A stretch of DNA of 33,019 nucleotides from Catajapyx aquilonaris (taxonomy: Eukaryota), in contig JYFJ02004323.1 of NCBI GenBank assembly GCA_000934665.2, positions 1 through 33,019 of the forward strand, read 5' to 3'. Position numbers and translations under genes: made by a program. This document shows, one piece after another, positions 1 through 9,243 of the stretch; position 1 is the stretch's first letter; each line of letters starts with the position of its first letter. Under the pieces are notes generated by a model. That model did no database searches and was not told the DNA's origin. It saw only the letters and a program-made list of their open reading frames with translations.

Positions 1-171
1 TAAGCGCGCCATCTCAAAGTGCAACTCTTTCGCGTCCAGATACTCCAGTTTCATGCCGATACCTCCATATTTGCGGCCGTGACAGCGAGAGGAAGAAGTG
101 TCAAACTCACGGGCCGGCCCGCGACGGGCTCCCGGCAACAATGGATAGCGTAGCCTAGAGCGCGCTCTTAA

Positions 172-495
172 GTTAATTGCACACCTCAGTTATCTCGGCC
201 GTTTCTCATCCGAATTACTTCGCGAATGTATCGACGGCAAGCCAGAAATGTGCGTGATAAAATTACATTGTGCTCTATTACACTAAAATTTTTAAAAGTA
301 TTGTTTTAATAAGTTTAATAGACAAGTACTCAGCCCGATTTCTGGCGGGAATAGACGGCGATACTTTTAAATACGTTTAAAATTTGTAGTGTAGCACTAT
401 GTAATTTTATCACGCACATTTCTGGCTTTCCGAAGGTACATTCGCGAAGTAATTCGGATTATAAACGACCGAGATAACAGAGGTCTGCAATTAAC
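172..495. mobile_element. Foldback/MITE-like element with ~130 bp imperfect inverted arms
   Basis: 172-302 (gttaattgcacacctcagttatctcgg...gccagaaatgtgcgtgataaaattacat) is the reverse complement, with mismatches, of ~370-495 (atgtaattttatcacgcacatttctggc...ccgagataacagaggtctgcaattaac). Spacer is ~70 bp. No clear TSD. Confidence 0.65.
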
Positions 496-839
496 GTAAT
501 TATGATTACACAAATGGCGATTTCCGAGTTTCAAATATATCAGTAGAAAGACAAAGATTTGCACTATCCAGGTTCCACAGCGTGAATTTTTTGGCCTCCG
601 AAAAGTGCCATAAAATATTCATTTTGCGGCGTAACGTTGGCAACTAGTCAAAAAATGACACTTTCAAATGGATGTCCCTCACTCCACCTTCTAGACTTGC
701 TGACTAGAGTTTGTTTACAAGCCGGTAAAGACTCGCGCTGAAGCTCAGACCGGGTCGGGGAAATGGGGACGACGCGACATGTGGCAACGGCGCAATTCTA
801 ACCGAGGCTTGTCGTTCACATAGTAACCGAGGGTTTGTT

Positions 840-964
840 TACGCTCGAGAAATACGCACACTCGGAATGGGAGTTTAAACCGGATCCAGCGTGTAGCGCA
901 AACTCAGTTCAAACTGACTTGAACCACTGTTCGAGAAATCGGCCCTTAAACTCGGTTCAAACTG
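840..964. repeat. Possible end of a PIF/Harbinger-like MITE with subterminal repeats
   Basis: 17-bp direct repeat aaactc(a/g)gttcaaactg at 900-916 and 948-964, and tcgagaaat twice. The end ...gagaaatcggccc is followed by TTA/TAA. The partner end is not seen. Confidence 0.25.
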
Positions 965-1276
965 TTGCCACCACAATATTCCTCATTTCATTCCGGTTCA
1001 TTTGATATATAATTATGATCATGGGGTTACAACAAGAACTCTACCTTAAATAAATTGTCAGTCCGGCTCCATTGTTGCCGAAAGATGTTGCCATATCTCC
1101 GTGGGATTTTCACCTGGGTGGCTCAAATTTCGTTTTTAGCAACAGCTCATGTGTGTGTACGCACATGATTTTTTATATCAAATTCTGAGATGGTCGAGCC
1201 ACTAACTTGTCTGTATTGACATGGAATGACCCAGATTATTTATTGGTGTTGTTGTTGTTGTTATGTCCTCCTACAG

Positions 1277-2054
1277 GTTCGCCTTCTCTGCTCTGATCGA
1301 AGAGAATCCCAACCTCATCCCGACGGCCACTCCTGTTCGCGTGCTGATATGTGTCTGGGCCCTGGTGTGTGACATACTGGTATGCGGATACGAGGCCAAG
1401 TTCTTTGCCTTTCTGGTGTCCCCTGAAGAGGAGAAGCTGCCAATGAGCTTGAAGGAGCTGGCTTCGACTCCGGGATGGGAATGGGGGTGCATGGATATCA
1501 CATATGAGTACATCCACATGCTGCTCACTCTGTCAGAAGTTGGCTACCACAGTGAGCTACAGCCGGTGATGCAGAAAGGCGGTGGAATGACCGAGTGTGT
1601 CCAGAGGTCAATGGAAGAGAACTTTGCCTGCTTCTCTCTTGATGTCCTTCTGAGTGCCATGAGTGTTCAGCAGATGGATTTGGACGGAATAATACCTGTC
1701 CAAATCATACATGACATGTCCCTGACAAGCTTTGGGGGTTACACCATGGTCAAGTATTCAGTCCTGGAGCACGCCATTAAAAGATTAGAATACAATTTTG
1801 AAAAGGGCGGGTTGTACCTACATTACATCCCTATTTTTGAGTATATCTTGAAGTTGCTCTCCCTGAGATCGGCCCGAAAGATAAACCTGTCTTACAAGAC
1901 CTCGATGGCTCTGAATATAAGTCAGTTCAAGACTCCTTTGGTGGCACATTGCGCCATCATGGCCTTTGCTCTCGTGGTTTTCATTTACGAGGTATTGAAC
2001 TACAGATACGGCAAGGGAAAGGAAGTAGTGAATATAACTGATCAGAAAGAATAA
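1277..2054 (+). CDS. Terminal exon of a divergent ionotropic receptor (IR/iGluR-like): pore segment, M3, S2 and M4. 5' exons not found in window.
   Basis: Acceptor tcctcctacag|G at 1276. Translation FAFSALIEE..PTATPVRVLICVWALVCDILVCGYEAKFFAFLVSP..PMSLKELA fits the IR pattern P-x-x-x-x-x-R-(I/V)-L-x-x-W...Y-x-A-x-L-x-S/A-x-L. C-terminal TM LNISQFKTPLVAHCAIMAFALVVFIYEV; stop TAA at 2052-2054. Confidence 0.8.
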
Positions 2055-2322
2055 GCAGGACCTGATACTGTAGGCAACTTCAAAAGCTCCTTCACATGCA
2101 TGTCGTTACTGCACCATAGCAGATAGCACAATAGTAATGTCACAATTCTTTTTTTTTTAAATATGGTCTAGGCGACATACACAGCTAAACAAGTTTAGAA
2201 TCAGTGCACGTTGGTAATATGCCTGCACAACTGCTTTTAGATTTTGACTGTGGGAGGAAACGGATGTCAGTCGTCTATGTTAATTTGCGCCAAGTTCTTT
2301 ACGCAATGGATGAAAAGGCGAT

Positions 2323-2327
2323 AAAAA
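2323..2327 (-). terminator. Pol III oligo-T terminator of 5S gene
   Basis: TTTTT on the minus strand immediately after the 5S 3' end. Confidence 0.85.
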
Positions 2328-2328
2328 G

Positions 2329-2448
2329 ATGCCAAGTGCACCCGGCATTCCTAGGCGGTCACCCATCCAAGTACTACCCGGGCCCGACGTTGCTTAACTT
2401 CGGGGATCGGACGAGAACCGGTGCTTTCAACGTGGTATGGCCCTTGGC
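2329..2448 (-). rRNA. 5S rRNA: 5S rRNA gene (single copy in window)
   Basis: Minus strand reads GCCAAGGGCCATACCACGTTGAAAGCACCGGTTCTCGTCCGATCCCCGAAGTTAAGCAACGTCGGGCCCGGGTAGTACTTGGATGGGTGACCGCCTAGGAATGCCGGGTGCACTTGGCAT. It is 120 nt, with box A (AGTTAAGC), box C (TGGATGGGTGACC) and paired ends. Confidence 0.96.
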
Positions 2449-2708
2449 GAGAGGGTGAGGAACAAGATGGACTTTGTCTCTCAACTTTTCGAATAGTCAT
2501 GTACGATTTAGGGAACAATGTATGCAAATTTAGGTTAATAAAAATGTTAGAAGTAAAGCGTGGATAGGCAGCTAATTATTGTGACGTCATTGGAAATTTC
2601 AGTTTAGGAGATTACCGCATGAGGCGCCACCAAACATTCCTCCATTTTCATTGCGACAAGACCACTTTTTGGAATATTGTACGTTGTACGTTGTACGACT
2701 AAAAAAAG

Positions 2709-3958
2709 ATGGTTCACTGCAGCGTGCCGTACTGCAAGTCCAACTCGGCCAACAAGGGCCGGATGGGGGTGTCATTCCACGAGTACCCGAGCAACGAGGA
2801 CCTCAGGGCGAAGTGGGTCAGGGCTGTGGCCAGACAAGGTAACGTCGCAAAGCATTTTCATGATGATACTCACTTGAGTTGTGATCAGCCGCCCTGTGCG
2901 TTTCAGGCCCGGAGAAGAACACGTACTGGACACCCTCTGACAGGGACATTGTTTGCAGCAGGCATTTTACGGAGGAGGACTTCCACACGGATTGTAAGAG
3001 GAAGAGGTTAAGGCCGGCCGTGGTGCCGACGTTGTTCCCTGACTATCCGGCGTACATGCAGCCTAAGGTGGTGAAGCGGAGGAAGATACCGGTGCGGCAA
3101 GTACTGGTTAAGAAGAAGCGGATGGAACCGCCTACGGTGGAGGAAGAGGTCGCCAGGATCACTGAAGGCACCGAGGCTATCACAGAAGAAATCATTGAAA
3201 CGGAGGAGGTGTCGCCGATGGTAGGGTTGGGCGAAGCGGTTGCGATGGATGCTGATCCGATACCTCCACCTGCAGACCCGCTTGAAGGGAGCTTACCGAC
3301 ACATCGCGACGCATGTGTGCAGACCAAGATTGATCAGGCCAAGTTTATCGAGAGTGTGCAGTCAAACAAGGTTATGAAGCTTAGCGCGCAGAGGGCCCAG
3401 TCGCGTAATCGCATACTTAGAGAGATGATTGACGAGCTATGTGGGCACAACAAGCAGCTGGAAGAAAAGATGAAGCGGTACAACATTTTTATGCTGGATA
3501 ATGATGCGGAAAATGGTGATTCTCGAGCACTTTTTTTGTTGGAGCAGCTGCAGGCGTATGGGAAGGTAAAGCCAAGGTGGAGCAAGAAGACCATAAAGCA
3601 TTGCAAAGTGTGGCGGTCAATGTCTAACACTGCATATCAGTATGCACAAAAGCTGCCATTGTTGACACTACCAAGTGCGACTACGCTGACCGCGGGTAGA
3701 AGTAAGGATTATGAAGCATGCGAAGAGGAAGCTGCGGAGGCAGGAGCGAGTAGTTCCGGGTTGGACTCTGAAGTTCTACATGAGGAAGCAGCAAGTGGCG
3801 TTGAAGATGAAACGAGAGAAAGTGACAGTGAACAAAAAGGCGCAGCTAAAGACCACGATTACGTTGATCCTACCAAAGATCTTAATTCCCAGTTGGCGAT
3901 CGGAGAACTGATCCAATTCCCACCGGAAGTTTGTCAGGAGCAAGAAATAGTCAGCTAG
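2709..3958 (+). CDS. THAP-domain protein, P-element transposase-derived (THAP9-like, truncated). Exons 2709-2838 and 2907-3958, 393 aa.
   Basis: GT-AG intron 2839-2906 joins MVHCSVPYC..FHEYP..KW to GPEKNTYWTPSDRDIVCSRHF..RLRPAVVPTLF, giving a complete C2CH THAP with AVPT-like box. Then a coiled-coil-like stretch, RWSKKTI..AY..LTLPSATTL (P-element transposase N-terminal motif), and an acidic tail with DHDY. Confidence 0.9.
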
Positions 3959-4277
3959 AGTACGCTGCAGTTAGCTTAACGTTACTTGTACAATGTTGGG
4001 TAATTTTTTTTATTTAAAAAAAAAAAAAAAGTATAATGTTCTGTAAAGTATTGAAATTGTTTTATTTGACATCTTTACAGCTTGCTCCGGCACAATGCAT
4101 GTTCCTTTTTGTAGTTATTTTGTAATTTCATGACTTAAAAGTGACTCTTGGATGGCAATTGGTAAGTATTAATATTTTGGCAATAATTACATTGAACATA
4201 ATTATCCAGTGTCCCATGTACTGTATCGTGTCGAAGCACGAATACGATACTAGTGTTTACACGTTCAAGTCACACAC

Positions 4278-4338
4278 AAATGGCGCAACATTTTTTCCAC
4301 GGCCAATAACAACTCGCCGAATCGTTCAGCGCATGCGC
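4278..4338 (+). promoter_or_regulatory. Putative CLPB promoter motifs (YY1-like and NRF1/EWG-like)
   Basis: AAATGGCG at 4278-4285 and palindromic GCGCATGCGC at 4329-4338, in a CpG-rich patch ~180-240 bp upstream of the ATG. Confidence 0.45.
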
Positions 4339-4516
4339 CCTGCTTATCCTCCGAACAATTGCCTGTCTGGATGCGCCTTCAACATTAACTTGAACATTTT
4401 TGTTCTTCGGACGGTACAGTTTGTAGAGGAATTTTGGTCCGGTGCACCGTCGCCCTTGTACGGCCCCGTGTCCTCGGGCAACCCACGGCGGCACACACCC
4501 ATGAGATGAACAAGGG

Positions 4517-6885
4517 ATGATGCAACTGTTCCCCATGCTTGGAAGGGGTATGGTACTTAGAGTGCTGCTCCGTGGATCAGTGTTGTTCTCGAAGAGGGAG
4601 GCTGTCAGATGGCCCAGGGGCGGCCCGTGGTGCATGCTGCCTTCCTCCAGGGGGGTTGTGGCACAGGCCGGGAGGAGGATGCCCACGGTCAGGATCAACT
4701 GGGCTGACCCCATGTGGAGGATCACCACCGTCGGAGGGCTGCTTGGGGTCGTGTACTGCCAGGATGGGAAGAGTCAGTCCAGTAAGGGAGACTCTCAATT
4801 ACCAGTAGTAGTAGCAGCAACAACATCAAAACCGTTGCCAAACTGGTTCGCTATTTGTAATAATCAACAAATGCAAATGGATTTTGATCAGTTTTTGTTT
4901 TCTTTGCAGCGAGACTCTTCCGTGCTGCAAAGTACGGCAATGAAGAGGAGATCAGGAGGTGAGTTTTTTTTAAACGAAATTTCAGATAAGTAGCTTTCCA
5001 AAGGGGCTTTCCAATGACAATAAATTGGCATGCACAGTCACAGATGGAGCAATTCTGGTTAATTTTAAGTTGACGTGATGTATCGTTGTTGCAGGATTTT
5101 CAGAGAAGGTGTTGATGTGAACCAGAGGCATGAACTGGGCTGGACGGCCTTACATGTGGCGGCTATTAACGGACACACAGAAGTCGTGGAGGCGTTAGTA
5201 GCTGCCGGTGCTAATGTCAACATGGGGGATGAGTTCACCAATGCTCACTTGATGGGGAAAGAGAAAGGAATCCACTCCCTGGAAGTCCTTGTCCGGCGTG
5301 AGGATGAATTCAGCGACAGGCTGAACAACCGGGCTACCTTCAGAGGATGCACGGCTCTGCATTATGCGGTGTTGGCAGACAGCTATGATACCATTGTAGT
5401 GTTGTTGGAGGCTGGCTCGAACCCCCTGCAAGAGAATGATAGTGGACACCGGCCTGCTGAGTATGCCAGGGACCAAAAGACAAAGAAATTGTTACAGCAG
5501 CATGCCAGCAAGTTTGAGGAACTCAAGAAGCAGAGAGAGGCAGAGGAACGTCGAAGGTTCCCCCTGGAGCAGCGCCTGAAGCAGTATATTGTAGGACAGG
5601 AGGGACCCATTACAACTGTAGCCTCAGCCATACGCAGGAAAGAGAATGGTGAGTTCTTGGTATAAATCACTTCTACCATATGTAACACAAAACCTTTACA
5701 GGTTGGTATGATGAAGAGCACCCCTTGGTATTTTTATTCCTCGGATCATCTGGGATTGGGAAGACTGAACTGGCAAAACAGATTGCCCGTTACCTGCACC
5801 GTGAGAGACCAAAGGGGTTTGTGAGGCTGGACATGTCCGAATATCAGGAGAAGCATGAGGCAGCCAAGCTGATAGGTGCTCCACCTGGATATGTTGGCCA
5901 TGACGATGGAGGCCAGTTGACCAAGCAACTCAAGCAGTGCCCGAACGCTGTCGTCTTGTTTGATGAGGTTGATAAAGCTCACCCAGACGTACTTACAGTC
6001 CTGCTGCAGCTGTTTGACGAGGTGACGTACGGAAAAGGAAAATATTTGCCACAAACGTAATGTTGTAACATGCATTGCATGAGCCTTTTACATATTGCTT
6101 GCAGGGACGGTTGACTGATGGGAAGGGGCACACAATAGAATGCAAGGATGCAATATTCGTGATGACTTCTAACTTGGCCAGTGATGAAATAGCCGAGCAT
6201 GGGATGCAGCTCAGGAGAGAGGCAGAGGAGGTAGCCAGGCAGCGATATGAGGGAAAGATTGGTGAGTTGGATAACCTGGAATTCCAAGTTCCAGAACTCA
6301 GAATTGCATTATGCTGTCAATTCTTGCACGTGACTAACAAGAGATTACTTTGCAGATGACGAGGAAATTCCAGACCGTATCACAATATCGAAGCAGTTCA
6401 AGGAGAAAGTAGTCCGCCCGATCCTGAAAAGGCAGTTCCGCAGGGACGAATTCTTGGGACGCATCAACGAGATAGTCTACTTCCTCCCATTCTCGCGTTC
6501 TGAACTAATCAAGCTGGTATCCAGAGAGCTTGACTTCTGGGCCAAGAAGGCAAAGCAAAAGCATGATATTGAGCTTCGATGGGACAGGAAGGTGCTGGAC
6601 GTCCTGGCAGATGGCTACAATGTCCACTACGGAGCCAGGTCCATCAAGTATGAGGTGGAGCGCAGGGTAGTCAGTCAGCTGGCGATGGCCCATGAGAGCA
6701 AGCAGATTTCAAAGGGATCTGTGGTCGAGATCATGGTGGAGGAAGTTGGAAACACTTCAGGAGACGGATTAGAAGCACCGCTAGGGTCCATCAGACTGAG
6801 GGTCAAACCTAAAGGTAAGGAAACGTTTATGGACCTAGACGAGCCATTCAGTAATGCATCACCACTTAATGGAGGGCTTGGCTGA
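4517..6885 (+). CDS. CLPB: Mitochondrial disaggregase CLPB/Skd3 (ankyrin repeats + AAA+). Exons 4517-4781, 4910-4958, 5095-5648, 5702-6021, 6105-6261, 6356-6885; 624 aa from the first ATG.
   Basis: All five GT-AG introns keep the frame. Arg-rich presequence; ankyrin [12 protein letters not shown] and [22 protein letters not shown]; Walker A GSSGIGKT; pore loop GYVG; Walker [35 protein letters not shown]. All match recalled human CLPB motifs. Exact start ATG uncertain. Confidence 0.97.
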
Positions 6886-7599
6886 TCATATGTGATATGG
6901 TTTGTACAATTATGTGTTGTGTCACAAATAAAAAATTATTCATGAAGACTATGATAGTTGTGTCATTGTATTGTATTACGTGAGTTATTAGCGTAACTTT
7001 TGGCCAAAGCCTTGAAAGTCGAAGGCCGTATGCTGTGTTATCATTTTTCCAGAGATTACTTTACAATTAAATAAAAGATTAGTGATTAATTATATTGTGC
7101 CCTTGTGCTAATTACGCATGGAAGGTCATCCAAAAGGTGCAGGTCAGTACAGCATGGGAGTATCCTCGTTAATACTTCCACCGCAAACAGTACATGACAA
7201 GGATAAACATATAGGGCAGGTCAATTATCCACAGCGATGTAACCTACGTGAGTCTGCTGAAATTTAATTTATTTCATACTTCTTACGTGAGCAAAAGTCG
7301 TACGTCAGGTACTAGAGGGTTAAAAGGAAGCTTGTTCACTTCTTAGAGGGATTTCCCCCATAAATTAATGTGTCTATGAGGCAATAATAATAAATCTGCC
7401 CTTGCAGCCAAAGGCCAATTGCACAACCCTTTAACATGTAACGGGTGAACCTTTTTCATACATAGTTTTTTCTCCCACACTGGAATAATATACAACATGT
7501 CTGCGTGTCAGCTTATTACAACCTCGCTTAAAAAAATACGGACAAACAAACGGAAAGAGAGAATAAGCCGATTAGGTAACGTATATTGATGTGATCAGC

Positions 7600-7735
7600 A
7601 TATTGGCACCAGTGCTGGTCACGTGATCCTGGTGGCTTTCATTCTTATTGGCCTATTCGCGTCACGTGATCATCAGGGTGGCCTTAAAGCTTAAACAATA
7701 CAGTTTTTTTTTTAGTAATAAAAAATCTCGCGGGA
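7600..7735 (+). promoter_or_regulatory. Putative SRD5A3 promoter: two GTCACGTGAT E-boxes, two ATTGG (CCAAT) boxes, TCTCGCG motif
   Basis: GTCACGTGAT at 7618-7627 and 7661-7670 in a CpG-rich patch. A candidate donor GAG|GTACGT near 7793 and an acceptor ttttgacag at 9239 suggest a 5' UTR intron. Confidence 0.5.
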
Positions 7736-8518
7736 AAACTTGCTGTGATTCGAATCGATGGTATCATTAGAATGGCCGGGGGTTATTGTCGAGGTACGTG
7801 TCCTTCATACGTGACTGCCTCGAGGGCCAGAGACAGTGAGGCGCCCTTCGTACAGTTGACGTGTGCACATGCGTGTATACAGTACGTTTCGAACGTACTA
7901 TCCGTGCATTTAGAGGAGAATAAACCGGGCTGGGCTGTGTGGCCTTCAAGAGAGGCGCACCACCTGCCCAGTGAAGCAGCACAGTTTGTGTGAGAGAATA
8001 AGCGTCCAAGGCAGCACTAGAAGGGATCACAAAAAGAGACAGCACACACACAGTGGTAATTAAGTCTGATATTGCACCTGTACTGTTAAGCATTTTGTAT
8101 AGAAGAGGGGGCTTCTTCTTGTTGTGTTATGGAGAGTTGCATGGTGCACTCGCTTGCTGCCATTCTTATCCTGTGGATGGTGCGTTACTTAGAGCATGAG
8201 ACTACAGCATATTCCACATAATTGCATAAGGTAGCAAAGCTGAAAGGGTGCGAGAAACATCAAATTGAAATCATGTGAGTTTCTAAGCAGTAATTTTTGT
8301 ATGTATCTGCTGATGGCACTGGGCTGGGATGAGAAACTGCACAATGATGACAGCATGTTGTGGCAATGGAGCTTGTTTATTAAATGATTTTGCAGAATTT
8401 CTGCTGACATGTTGATGAAACGATAATAACAATGTAACAGTAACGAGAATCCTTAAATAGTGCTTTTTCCCTCGACAGTTTTAGCATGTTGTCATCCGTG
8501 ACGTTTGATGTGGTATTA

Positions 8519-8605
8519 CAGTCGACTCCGGATATAACGGACTTTCGTTTATAGCATACTTTTTCCCATGGTCCCTCGAAGTCTTGTTATATCCGGAATC
8601 AACTG
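8519..8605. mobile_element. 87-bp pogo/Tigger-like MITE
   Basis: TA|CAGTCGACTCCGGATATAAC ... GTTATATCCGGAATCAACTG|TA; 20-bp TIRs with 2 mismatches and a TA TSD. Confidence 0.8.
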
Positions 8606-9243
8606 TATGAAGCTTAAATGAATAGGTATTGCTGATATGGAGTTAGCAGTAGATTGCCAAGCAAGGCACTCAATTTTTATAACCTTAGAAATGGCCTTGG
8701 ACGAGTCTTATGTAAGTAAGCTCAAGTTACTTTTATTAATGGATGTGAACCTAAACAAGCAAAGCCAGTTTTCCATATATTTGCATCACACTTTATTATA
8801 TACCCCTTCCTGGAAAGAGTGGAAACATGATCCAATGAAACTATTGCGGTCAGTTCATTGTTGTTCCAGTATGTACAGTACTGTATATTATGTGGCATGC
8901 AGCATGAAGACATAGGAAGTTGTCTGTTTTCAAGCAAAAGTTTCGTAATGCTGTATTCAAGGTTTGTTATGAACAGGTTTCACTGCACCTCTCATCACTA
9001 CAGGTGCATGATAATTATGCTGTATGTTAATCCGCAGGTTTTGTTATGAGATCCCTGCATATTAAGAGTTCAGCAATATTGGCCCTGCATGCATCCCATG
9101 TACTGGGAGAACTGTTGGTTGGTTGGCATGGCATGAATGTACCCCAGTAGGTATGGCTCTTGGGGAAAATAACACATCTGCCAGTAGTGTTAAGTACTCT
9201 TACGTTGTATGATTGATGATTTTTGTCAACTTTTGACAGCACA

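Noticed and set aside
2204..2458. 84-aa ORF
   Set aside because: Antisense reading of the 5S rRNA gene with a GTG start
4016..4030. Poly(A) tail implying the THAP gene is a retrocopy
   Set aside because: The gene retains an intron, no TSD is seen, and the A-run adjoins a T-run in AT-rich sequence
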